Part shown: positions 28,318 through 43,279 of the stretch, one piece after another | Position numbering within the stretch: the first letter of the stretch is position 1 | Layout: each line of letters opens with the position of its first letter | Notes under the pieces: generated by a model | What the model was told of the DNA's origin: nothing | The model's input: only the letters and a program-made list of their open reading frames with translations | Databases searched by the model: none | Program-made: the position numbers and the translations under genes | Assembly: GCA_964016885.1 (NCBI GenBank) | Contig: OZ024740.1 | Location: 104,594,001-104,658,000, forward strand | Direction of reading: 5' to 3' | Length of the DNA stretch: 64,000 bases | Source: Eledone cirrhosa | Taxonomy: Eukaryota

Positions 28318-31300
28318 ATAGGTACCATCAATGTAGGCTCAATGAAAGGAAGAGCAGGAGAAATCGTAGAAATGCTAGAGCGAAAGGAAGTTGATGTATG
28401 CTGTGTGCAAGAGACTAGATGGAGAGGAGGGTCTGCTAGAGTCCTTGTAGGAAAAAGCCAGTGCTACAAATTTTTCTGGGTGGGAAATGACGATGGGATG
28501 GGTGGTGTAGGTATACTATTAGCTGACAAGTGGGTAGATAAAGTAATCTCAGTGTACAGGGTAAATGCAAGAATCATTAAACTCAGACTAGTCCTGAATA
28601 AGACAATTACCACAATAATATCAGCTTACGCACCCCAATCGGGGCTGCCAGACGAACTTAAGGATAGGTTTTACGAGTCCCTAATACACACTACTGCTCT
28701 AACAGACGACAAGGACTTCCTAATCATTGCAGGAGATTTTAACGGACACGTAGGTAAACACTGCGACGGCTTCAATAGAGTACATGGAGGCCATGGAGTT
28801 GGCACAAGGAATGAGGAAGGATTCAGACTTCTAGAATTCTGCGACGCCAATGACATGTCGATATGTAACACAAACTTTAAAAAACCCGACAACCACCTGA
28901 TCACCTATAGATCAGGGGAGCACTCTAGTCAGTTAGATTTTATCCTCATCAGAGGACGTGACAGATGGACGGTCGTAAACACAAAAGCCTTCCCTAGTGA
29001 GGAATGTACATCCCAACATAGCTTAGTTGTCAGCGACCTCACGGTCAGAACTAGACGAGCCCTGAAACAGAGGCCAACCTGGAGAAGAAAGATCTGGAAG
29101 CTGAAAGTCCCCTCAACCAGTAACAGATTTAAAGATATTTTACTCAACGCCTACGACAGTAAAGAAGAACAGATAGAGACATTTAACGTAGAAGAGAACT
29201 GGGAGTTCCTAAAAAATAACTTACTAGAGGCGACGGATGAGGTTTGTGGCTGGAGTAAGACCTCAAGCAGGAGGAGAGTGACTTGGTGGTGGAACAATAA
29301 GGTAGATGAAGCAGTCAAGGCCAAGAGACAGGCATGGAAAGAATGGAAGAACGGGGGGAGCAGGGTACATTACATAGAGACCAAGAGGGAAGCTAGGCGA
29401 CAAGTATACTTAGCTAGGAGGGAAGCAGAGGATAGAAAATTCAAGCATGTTTTACAACGTGAGGACCAGAAACAGGAGGTATTCAAGATTGCGAGGCAGT
29501 GTGTCAGAGATAGTTGTGATGTCATTGGAGAGAAGTGTATCCGGAATGATAAAGGTGAGCTTGCCCTCACAAGTGCTGAGAAGAAAGATGCATGGAAGAG
29601 TCATTATGATAGATTACTAAATGAGGAGAATGCATGGGAAGAAGAGACCCTACCCCACGTAGACCCTATAGAGGGACCAGCAGTACAAGTCAGCGGCAGC
29701 GTAGTAAGTAAGGCAATCAGAGATATGAAGATAGGGAAGGCAACCGGTCCATCGGGTATAGCTGCCGAGATGCTGAAGGCATCTGGGTCTGTAGGTCACA
29801 CTATAACCACACGTATCGTTAACCAGGTAATACTAGAGGGGGCCATACCAAAAGATTGGTGCAGTAGCATCATTGTCAACTGCTACAAAGGTAAAGGCGA
29901 TGCACTAGATAGAGGAAACTATAGAGGTATAAAGTTGATGGACCAGGTCATGAAAGTAACAGAAAGAGTTATAGCACAGCTGATTAGGGACCGGGTGAAT
30001 ATAGACGAGATGCAATTTGGGTTTGTTCCAGGGAAAGGCACCACTGATGCGCTCTTCCTTGTGAGGCAATTACAGGAAAAGTACCTAGCTAAAAGTAAGC
30101 CACTCTACTTGGCATTTGTCGACCTTGAGAAAGCCTTTGACAGAGTTCCACGTGCAGTAATCTGGTGGGCTCTTAGAAAACTAGGAGTAGATGAATGGCT
30201 TGTGAAAGCGGTACAAGCCATGTATAGGGGAGCAGTCAGCAAAGTTAGGATTGGCAATGAGTATAGCGAGGAATTTAGCGTACAGGTTGGGGTCCACCAG
30301 GGCTCTGTTCTTAGCCCTCTCCTGTTCATCATAGTCCTGCAGGCAATAACGGAGGAGTTTAAGACCGGATGCCCATGGGAACTCCTGTATGCTGATGACC
30401 TCGCACTCATAGCTGAATCTATGGTAGAACTAGAGAATAAATTCCAAACCTGGAAGCAGGGACTAGAGAGAAAGGGCCTCAAAGTCAACATGACAAAGAC
30501 TAAGGTCCTTATAAGTAGACGAGAAAACAGAACCCAGATCCCCTCAGGGAAATGGCCTTGCTCAGTATGTAGGAAAGGTGTAGGTAGGAACTCCATTCTT
30601 TGCCCCAAATGCAAACAATGGGTACACAAGAGATGTAGCGGGATCTCAGGAAGCTTAATTAAGAATGTAGGATTCACATGCAGCAGCTGTGCTGAAACAG
30701 CAAGCAAACAGCCACAGGAAACAAGTACCACCAATCTCTGGGAGGGCCCTGTAGAAACAGTAGACAGCTTCTGCTACCTAGGTGACCGAATTAGCAACGG
30801 AGGTGGGTGCTCAGAAAGTACAATAACTAGGGTAAGAACGGGATGGAAGAAGTTTAGGGAACTACTACCACTGCTAGCTGGAAAAGGCTTCTCCCTCAGA
30901 ATGAAAGGCAGACTGTATGATGCGTGTATCCGAACAGCGATGTTGCATGGTAGTGAGACCTGGGCGCTGAAGGTGGAAGACTTACGTAGATTAGAGAGAA
31001 ACGAAGCCTGCATGCTCCGATGGATGTGTAACAGTAATATACGTGAACGACAAAGCATAAATGAATTGAGAGAGAGACTGAGCATAAGAGGAATCAAATG
31101 CTGCGTGCAGGAGAGGCGGTTACGCTGGTATGGACATGTGATGCGTATGAAGGATGACAGCTGCATAAAAAGGTGCAGAGCACTAGAAGTTGATGGAAAC
31201 CGCGGAGTGGGGAGACCCAAGATGACTTGGGATGAGGTGATAAAAGCCGACCTTACCCAACTACACCTCTCAAAGTCAATGACACACGACCGTGACTTCT

Positions 31301-31655
31301 GGCGTCAACGCAGTAATACAGGGTACCCGACCTCCCATGGGTACATGCTGAAGCATATAAACAATATGCCCCCCCCCCCCCACCGCAAGGTGGTCGTGGA
31401 GGTGCCACGGCAAAAAAGCACCCAGCCCACACTGTAAAGTGGACGTGTAGGCGCCACGAAAAAGCACCCAGCACTCACTGTAAATGAGGTTGGTGTTAGG
31501 AAGGGCATCCAGCTGTAGAAATCAAGCCAGATCAGTTCCTGTATGAGCAAGGCATGGTCAGCCGACCAGACACTGCCCACAACAGGACAACCCGTCTAAC
31601 CCATGCTAGCGTGGAAGAACGGACGTAAAACGGTGATGATGATGATGATGATGAT
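28318..31655 (+). mobile_element. RTE family B element, truncated at the start of APE; ORF open for ~1,000 codons with a +1 frameshift near the end (~31307)
   Basis: ORF 28258-31437 (N-terminal ~20 aa are microsatellite). APE, RT and C4HC3 motifs. The C-terminus differs from 12006-12455 by one inserted base. (GAT)n tail. Confidence 0.93.
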
Positions 31656-31746
31656 ATATATGTATATGTATATGTATATGTATATATATATGTATATATA
31701 TATGTATATGTATATATGTACGTATATATGTAGGTATATATGTATG

Positions 31747-31777
<31 letters not shown>

Positions 31778-31822
31778 GTATATGTATATATATATATGTA
31801 TATGTATATATATATGTATATG

Positions 31823-31871
<49 letters not shown>

Positions 31872-32014
31872 GTGTATATGTATATATATGTAAATATATA
31901 TATGTGTATATGTATATATATGTAGATATATATATATGTATATATGTGTAAATGAAGTAATTCCGTCGGAAAAGTCCAGGAAAAAAGAGTGCTCTATGTA
32001 GGTAACAGAGCTTA

Positions 32015-32246
32015 ATAGTTATGTAATAAACAACATAAGGCAATTATTCCATTTACAAGTGGTTTATGAAAAGCAAAAAAATTTTCTTTCAATCATCAGA
32101 ATGAAAAAATCCTGATCAATTTATTGATATTGCATTCTAAAAACAAAAATGCAATCTATATGAAAGTGAGGCTGGAGAAGGAAGAAGGAAAGGAAGAATA
32201 AAATAAAAACACACATGCAAACACACACAAACACAATTATATACAG

Positions 32247-32310
<64 letters not shown>

Positions 32311-32535
32311 ATGTATATAATTGTGTGTGTGTTTGCATGTGTGTTTTTATTTTATTTTTCCTTTCCTTCTTCCTTCTCCAGCCTCACTTTTATATAGATT
32401 GCATTTTTGTTTTTAGAATCCAATATCAATAAATTGACCAGGATTTTTTCATTCTGATGATCGAAAGAAAAATTTTTTGCATTTAAGAAACCACTGGTAA
32501 ATGGAATAATTGCCTTATGTTGTTTATTACATAAC

Positions 32536-32538
<3 letters not shown>
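32015..32538. repeat. Large imperfect inverted repeat (~240-bp arms) centred on a (TA)n tract
   Basis: The left arm is the reverse complement of the right arm with scattered mismatches. Confidence 0.85.
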
Positions 32539-32588
<50 letters not shown>

Positions 32589-32607
32589 ATATATATATAT
32601 ATGTATG

Positions 32608-32638
<31 letters not shown>

Positions 32639-32639
32639 G

Positions 32640-32790
<151 letters not shown>

Positions 32791-32904
32791 GTATGTATAT
32801 ATATATATGTATATATATATATGTATATATATATATGTATATATATATATATGTATATATATATATGTATATATATGTATATGTATATATATATATGTAT
32901 ATGT

Positions 32905-32936
<32 letters not shown>

Positions 32937-32947
32937 GTATATATATG

Positions 32948-32980
<33 letters not shown>

Positions 32981-32982
32981 GT

Positions 32983-33040
<58 letters not shown>

Positions 33041-33042
33041 GT

Positions 33043-36000
33043 ATCATCATCATCATCAACTTTTAACGTCCATGTTCCACACTTGCATGGGTTTGGACGG
33101 GGGTATTCCCACTTGAGGCAAGAGTGATTGTCTTGCTCGCATAGGACTGTCTGGCAGGTTTTCTACAGTTGGATGCCCTTCCTAACACCAACCACATTTA
33201 CAGTGTGGGTCTGGGAGGTTTTTACCGTGTTGCCTACACGGCCACATTACAGCGTGGACTGTGTGTTTTTTTGTCGTGACACCTACACGACCTCATTTGT
33301 TTCGACCTGGATGGTGTGGCACCAACATAACTTTACATAGGAGGGGATGGTGTGGAGGGGGTGGTGGGTGGCACGGGGGTGTATTTTGTTAGAGATGCCT
33401 ACTGGCTGTAGTAGGTTTTACTATGTATTTAGGTAAGGCGGGTCTTCTCTATTACTGAGTACCGCCAAAGGTCTCGGTCCAGTGACATTGTCTTGGAGAG
33501 GTGTAAGTGTGTGAGGTCGGAGTTTATCAGCTCGTCCCAGGTTTTTCTAGGTCTGCCTATTCCGTTGCTACCGTGTATCGTTATTGCCCTGCACTTTGTT
33601 ATACAGCTATCGACTTTCATGCGCATCACGTGTCCATACCAACGTAGCCTTCTCTCGAGTAAACAACATCTGATCCCTCTTATTTCTAATTTTTTCCTTA
33701 TTTCGTTTATGCTTTGACGTTCACGTATATTACTATTACACATCCAGCGGAGCATGCAAGCTTCGTTCCTCTCTAGTCTGCGTATATCCTCTGCACACAA
33801 TGCCCAGGTCTCACCGCCATGCAACATTGCTGTTCGTATGCAGGCATCATACAACCTGCCTTTCATTTTTAGGGAGAACCCTTTAGCGGTTAATAGTGGT
33901 ATAAGCTCTCTGAACTTTTTCCATCCAGTTCTGACTCTAGCTACTGTACTTTCAGAGCACCCTCCCCCACTGCTGATTTTTCACCCAGGTAACGGAAGCT
34001 GTCCACTATTTCTATAGAGCCCTCTGCGCAGTTGTAAGAGCTAGTATTTTGTGGGCACTTGCTGCTACTTATTGCACCAGAGCACCGCCCACATGTAAAA
34101 TCTATGTTCTTAGTTAGCTTACCTGTGATCCCACTACATCTTTTATGCACCCATACTTTGCATTTGGGACATAAAATGGAGTTTCTACTTACGCCTTTCC
34201 TACACACTGAGCATGGCCATTTCCCGGAAGGGACCGGCGCCTTATTTTCTTTCCTACAAACTAGAACTTTAGTCTTAGCCAGGTTAATTTTAAGGCCTTT
34301 TGATTCTAGGCCATCCTTCCATGTTTGGAATTTCTTCTCTAGCTCGGCCATTAATTCAGCTATGAGCGTTAGATCATCTGCGTATAGGAGTTCCCATGGG
34401 CAGCCGGTCTTGAACTCCACTGTTATAGCCTGAAGGGCAATAATAAATAGTAGGGGGATAAGAACAGATATGGAATGGGGGACTCTGTCGAAGGCTTTCT
34501 CCAAGTCGACGAAAGCTAAGTATAGGGGTTTACTTTTAGCTAGCTACTTCTCCTGTAGTTGTTGTACAATGAAAAGAGCGTCTGGTACTTTTGCCTGACA
34601 CAAACCCGAACTGCATTTCATCTAGATCGATTCCCTCTCTGATTAGTTGCGCTATTACTTTTTAGTTGCACTACTACCTTCATGACCTGGTCGATTAATT
34701 TAATGCCTCTATAGTTACTCCTATCTACGGCGTCTCCTTTACCCTTGTAGCAGTTAATAATGATGCTGCTACGCCAGTCCTTCGGAACAATCCCATTCTG
34801 TATGACTTGGATTACTATCCGGGTGACCATGGTGTGTCCCACCGTTCCAGAGGCTTTCAGCATCTCAGCAACTATTTCCGAAGGCCCAGCCGCCTTACCC
34901 GTTTTCATATCTTTGATTGCCTTACTTATTATACTACCTTCGACTAACACTGCTGGTCCCTCTATTGGGTCCATGTGGGGGAGACTGTCTTTCTCCCATT
35001 TATTCTCCTCATTTAGTAGCCTTTCGTAGTGACACTTCCAAGCTACCTTCTTATCAGCGTCAGTGATGGCAAGTACGCCATCATCATTAAGTACACACTT
35101 CTCCCCGACAATATCACGGTTTTCCTTGACACATTGCCTAGCAATCCTGAACACCTCACGTTTTTGGTCCTCGCGTTGTAGAACATGCTTGAACTTTCTT
35201 TCCTCTGCTTCCCTTCTTGCGAAGTACATTTGTCTCCTAGCTTCCCTCCTGGCCACTTGTTAGTCTTCTCTACTTCCCCCATCCCGCCATACTTTCCAAG
35301 CCTGCTTTTTGGCCTTAATTGACTCCTCCACCTTACTGTTCCACCACCATGTTACTCTCCTCCTGCCTACAGGCCTGCTCCAGCCACAGACTTCGTCCGC
35401 CGCCATCAGCAGGTTTGCTTTCAGGAATTCCCACTGTTCCTCTATATTGTACAACTCTAATTGCTCTTCCTTACTGTCGAAAGCATCAAGTAATATGCTT
35501 TTAAATTTATTTCTGGCTGTGGGGTTCATTAGCTTCCATATTTTTCTCCTGAGGATAGTCCTCTTCTGCTGTCTAGTACGTCTCGTCCTGACTATGAGGA
35601 CGCTAATTATCAGTCTATGTTGGGAGGTGCATTCTTCATAGGGGAGGGATTTAGTGTTTACAACAGACACTCTGTCACGTCTTCTGGTAAGGATATAATC
35701 TACCTGGCTGGTATGTTCCCCTGATCTGTAGGTGATCAAGTGATTGACTCGTTTTTTGAAGTTAGTGTTACAGATAGTTAGGTTATTTGCATCACAGAAT
35801 TCCAGGATTCTGGAGCCTTCCTCGTTTCTAGTACCAAACCCATAGCCTCCGTGGATGCCGTCATAGCCGTCACAATGTTGTCCAACGTGGCCATTTAGGT
35901 CGCCAGCAATAATTATATTGTCACTGTCGGTTATTTGGGAGGTAGTGAGCATCAGTGTCTCATAGAATCTGTCTTTTATAGCGCGAGGCAGTCCGGATTG

Positions 36001-36182
36001 GGGCGCGTATGCCGATATTACTGTCACAGTAGTTCTATTTAGAACAAGTCTTATTTTAATTATTCTGTCGTTTACTCTATTTACATCTATTATCTTATCC
36101 ACCCATTTTTCTGCTAACATGATTCCTACCCCACCTATCCCATTGTCATTTCCCACCCAGAAAAGCTTATAGCAATGTTTTT
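33043..36182 (-). mobile_element. RTE family A (A2), older degraded copy with stops, frameshifts and an internal deletion
   Basis: ORF pieces 35260-36156, 34618-35256, 33941-34504 and 33429-33866 are colinear with family A. Tail at 33043. Confidence 0.92.
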
Positions 36183-36762
36183 ATGTATGTATATATACAC
36201 AATAGTTATTTAAATATTTCTTACAATAAATACTTCATAAGATTTACATACTATATATGTTGACAATGAATATCTCCGGTAAAGCTTACATTTAGAAAAA
36301 TATTCGACAGTGTAAACTTTATTTTCCGCTGGCCAGTTAATTCCTTTAAAAGTTATCCTCATAAAATTCCGAAGTTTAGAAATGTTAAAACACTTATTGA
36401 ATTTACAAAACTAATAAATAACCTGCAATTTAAAAAAAAAAACCTAAAATCTTGATTCTTCACCCTAAAATAGCATAAATTAAATATTTTCAAACTTAAC
36501 CGTTTAACTTTCGGAAAATCTCCTACATATATTCCCTCTCTCTATATATATTATCTCAGTGGTTCTCATAGACTGCTTTCCGTGATAAATTGTAGTATCA
36601 TACATTTTAAAATCTCTATAACTTTTACATTAAGCAACGTATTTCTTACTCACACATTTTCTATTGAATTTATTACGTTTTCGCATTTTCTCATTATTAG
36701 GGTATAAATATTAAACTTTCTTTTAGGTTAATCACTACCTTGATTAAATATATATTGATTAA

Positions 36763-37202
<440 letters not shown>

Positions 37203-37435
37203 TATGAAGAGAGAAGAAACATTTAGATATAATTAGTAATAAAATGTATCATACCTAAACTGTTCCTAAATTCCTCGACTACGTAGTTTCGTGGCATAAA
37301 CAAAAACAATATATCAAAGATATAGAGTCCTTGCGAGGTCTGCCGACTTATCTCGCGTGACTATCTCCCCCTCCGCCTTTTGGGATTCTTTCTCACGTCG
37401 TGTAGACGCGTTCTTGAGACTAGTAAAATGAGGTA

Positions 37436-37523
37436 TCCTCTTGATAAGTCGGCAGACCTCGCAAGGACTCTATATCTTTGATATATTGTTTTTGTTTATG
37501 CCACGAAACTACGTAGTCGAGGA
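37436..37523 (+). ncRNA. Type I hammerhead ribozyme, U3-A8 core variant
   Basis: Stem I TCCTC/GAGGA; core TTGATAA; stem II GT-C-GGCA...TGCC-AC; GAAA; palindromic stem III CTACGTAG; GUC cleavage triplet (cut after 37518). Confidence 0.8.
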
Positions 37524-38026
37524 ATTTAGGAACAGTTTAGGTATGATACATTTTATTACTAATTATATCTAAATGTTTCTTCTCTCTTCATAATGTATTT
37601 TTAACTCTGATACTGGTTCAGTCTGGTTCAAACTGAATTGGTCTGTCCCAGTCATTCATTGAGCAACATCGGTGAAGTTGGCACCCTTAACTCACAGTTG
37701 GGTGCGGATGCATTCATGTATATATGTGTGTGTCCGCATGTATCTGTGTGTTTCTAAATATATTAATAACTCCCTCTGGTCGAGCAATCTTTGAAGTGTG
37801 GGGACAACTGGAAAGCTTCCATTACTCATACTTCTCGCCTTCTTCACTACCTCTTCTACGGCCTCGATATGAATACCCCCTCCGCCTCCGTGGTATTTTC
37901 TTTGTGGTTATAAGAGGCTTAGCTCTGTTTCTCGACCGTTAAATCGCGTGACTATCTCCCCCTCCGCCTTTTGGGATTCTTTCTCACGTCGTGTAGACGC
38001 GTTCTTGAGACTAGTAAAATGAGGTA

Positions 38027-38114
38027 TCCTCTTGATAAGTCGGCAGACCTCGCAAGGACTCTATATCTTTGATATATTGTTTTTGTTTATGCCACGAAAC
38101 TACGTAGTCGAGGA
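38027..38114 (+). ncRNA. Type I hammerhead ribozyme, U3-A8 variant (second tandem copy)
   Basis: Identical to 37436-37523, 591 bp downstream. Confidence 0.8.
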
Positions 38115-38348
38115 ATTTAGGAACAGTTTAGGTATGATACATTTTATTACTAATTATATCTAAATGTTTCTTCTCTCTTCATAATGTATTTTTAACTCTG
38201 ATACTGGTTCAGTCTGGTTCAAACTGAATTGGTCTGTCCCAGTCATTCATTGAGCAACATCGGTGAAGTTGGCACCCTTAACTCACAGTTGGGTGCGGAT
38301 GCATTCATGTATATATGTGTGTGTCCGCATGTATCTGTGTGTTTCTAA

Positions 38349-39230
<882 letters not shown>

Positions 39231-39440
39231 GCAGTTCTTCTGCTTTTCAAAAGGTGAGTTGAGATGGAGGGTCTGTGGTTTTTCTCACATCAGATGTGAG
39301 AAAAACCACAGACCCTCCATCTCAACTCACCTTTTGAAAAGCAGAAGAACTGCGAAACCGGTAAAGGAACCAAATAAATATATATATTTTTAAAAAAAAT
39401 AAGACTTCAGGTGCATTTTCGATTTCATCTCTTTTTCTTT
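39231..39440 (+). mobile_element. Miniature Penelope-like fold-back element (perfect 61-bp hairpin arms 39231-39291/39293-39353)
   Basis: Perfect inverted repeat, overlapping hammerhead, downstream AATAAA, TA flanks. Confidence 0.75.
39330..39367 (+). ncRNA. Minimal type I hammerhead ribozyme, U3-A8 variant
   Basis: CCTT | TTGAAAA | GCAG-AAGAA-CTGC | GAAA | CCGG | TA | AAGG. Stems I and II pair perfectly and loop 3 is palindromic. Confidence 0.75.
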
Positions 39441-40684
<1,244 letters not shown>

Positions 40685-41294
40685 GGTGGCTGCCAACTCG
40701 TTTTCGAGTACGGCCACTACTTTATATCCATGTAGGAGGACCCCTACCGATGCGCTGAACGAGTGTGACTTTTCAGTCCGGCCAGCGACTTGAAAACCCC
40801 GGTACAAACACTACACATGTGACAATTATTGACACATAGTGCTGGGCCCATGGTACCATGTGACGACAAGTGCAGAGAGATCTCCAGATATAAAGCAATG
40901 CCTGTGCCGTGAAGTTTTTATAGTGAGCAAAGGCACTGCACAAAGCCAGTCCCACTCTCTTAACCAAGATGATATTTACCAAAAAGAAGAACAAGTCAAC
41001 ATCATTGGATATCATCAGGGTTGCAGGTGTGATATCAGAGTTTTCCTTCTCCTAGAATTCTGCCTTGACAAAGGCTAAGGGGTCATCTCTCCCGGTGATT
41101 TTGGATGGCCATTGACTCTTAAGAGCTCCTTTGCCCTTTGACAGGTTTTGTTTTTAGTCCTGCAGGATGTCCAAAGTCACCCTCCTCACCAAGAAACCTT
41201 GGTGGGGTTGCCAGTTTAGTCGCCAACGACCCGACCATGGGACAGGTTGTACTGGGATACATGTTACCAGTAGCACCAACTGGTGACCTGACAT
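40685..41294 (-). mobile_element. Full-length ~610-bp non-coding retroelement (probable RTE-derived non-autonomous element)
   Basis: Longest of five copies with a common 3' end and variable 5' truncation. Contains CTAGGAGAAGGAAAACTCTGA, a motif I recall from RTE 5' UTRs. No credible ORF. Confidence 0.8.
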
Positions 41295-41636
41295 AATATA
41301 CATACATACATATATATACATACATACATATACACATACATACATATACACATACATACATATACACAACATACATATATATATACATACACATACATAC
41401 ATACATATACACACATGCATACATATATATATATATACATATACATACATACATACATACACATATACATACATACATACATACACATACATATACATAC
41501 ATACATACATACATACATACATACACACACATACACACATACACATACATACATACATACATACATATACACATACATACATACATATACACATACATAC
41601 ATATATATATACATACATACACACATACATACACAC

Positions 41637-41669
<33 letters not shown>

Positions 41670-41672
41670 CAT

Positions 41673-42271
41673 GGTGGCTGCCAACTCGTTTTCGAGTACG
41701 GCCACTTCTTTATATCCATGTAGGAGAACCCCTACCGAAGCGCTGAACGAGTGTGACTTTTTAGTCCAGCCAGTGACTTGAAAACTCTGGTACAAACACT
41801 ACACTTGTGACAATTATTGACACATAGTGCTGGGCCCATGGTACCATGCGAGGACAAGTGCAGAGAGATCTCCAGATATAAAGCAATGCCTGTGCCGTGA
41901 AGCTTTTATAGTGAGCAAAGGCACTGCACAAAGCCAGTCCCACTCTCTTAACCAAGATGATATTTACCAAAAAGAAGAACAAGTCAACATCATTGGATAC
42001 CATCAGGGTTACAGGTGTTATATCAGAGTTTTCCTTCTCCTTATGTCAGGTCACCAGTTGGTGCTACTGGTAACATGTATCCCAGTACAACCTGTCTCAT
42101 AATCGGGTCGTTGGCGATTAAACTGGCAACCCCACCAAGGTTTCTTGGTGAGGAGGGTGACTTTGGACATCCTGCAGGACTAAAAACAATGCCTGTCAAA
42201 GGGCAAAGGAGCTCTTAAGAGTCAATGGCCATCCAAAATCACCGGGAGAGATGACCCCTTAGCCTTTGTCA
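41673..42271 (-). mobile_element. ~610-bp element with inverted 5' third (42043-42271 on +)
   Basis: 41673-42041 is the 3' part. 42043-42271 is the element's 5' end in opposite orientation, with ~12 bp lost at the break. Confidence 0.85.
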
Positions 42272-42275
42272 TATG

Positions 42276-42422
<147 letters not shown>

Positions 42423-42427
42423 ATATG

Positions 42428-42480
<53 letters not shown>

Positions 42481-42519
42481 GTATATATGTATATATATAT
42501 ATATGTATATATATATATG

Positions 42520-42552
<33 letters not shown>

Positions 42553-42573
42553 GTATATATGTATATATATATG

Positions 42574-42657
<84 letters not shown>

Positions 42658-42700
42658 TATATATATATATGTATATATGTATATATGTATATATGTATAT

Positions 42701-43140
42701 GTGGCGGTACTCAGTAACAGAGAAGACCCGCCTTACCTAAATATATAGTAAAACCTACTCCAGCCAGTAGGCATCTCTAACAAAATACACCCCGTCCCAC
42801 CACCACCACCCCCACCCCATCCACACCACCCCGTTCTATGTAAAGTTATGTCGGTGCCGCGCCATCGAGGCCGAAACAAATGAGATCGTGTAGGTGTCAC
42901 GACAAAAAAACACACAGTCCACGCTGTAATGTGGCCGTGTAGGCAACACGGTAAAAACCTCCCAGACCCACACTGTAAATGTGGTTGGTGTTAGGAAGGG
43001 CATCCAACTGTAGAAAACCTGCCAGACAGTCCTATGCGAGCAAGACAACCACTCTTGCCTCAAGTGGGACTACCCCCGTCCAAACCCATGCAAGCGTGGA
43101 ACACGGACGTTAAACGTTGATGATGATGATGATGATGATG
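42701..43140 (+). mobile_element. RTE family A (A2), 3' end only
   Basis: [15 protein letters not shown] and (GAT)n tail. Confidence 0.92.
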
Positions 43141-43148
43141 TATATATG

Positions 43149-43247
<99 letters not shown>

Positions 43248-43248
43248 G

Positions 43249-43279
<31 letters not shown>

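Noticed and set aside
32445-32480. CTGATGATCGAAA as a functional hammerhead
   Set aside because: No stem II and no convincing stem III/UH site.
41200-41294. HDV-like ribozyme at the 5' end of the 610-bp element
   Set aside because: CTAA-ACTGG and a P4-like hairpin are suggestive, but I could not assign consistent P1/P3 helices.
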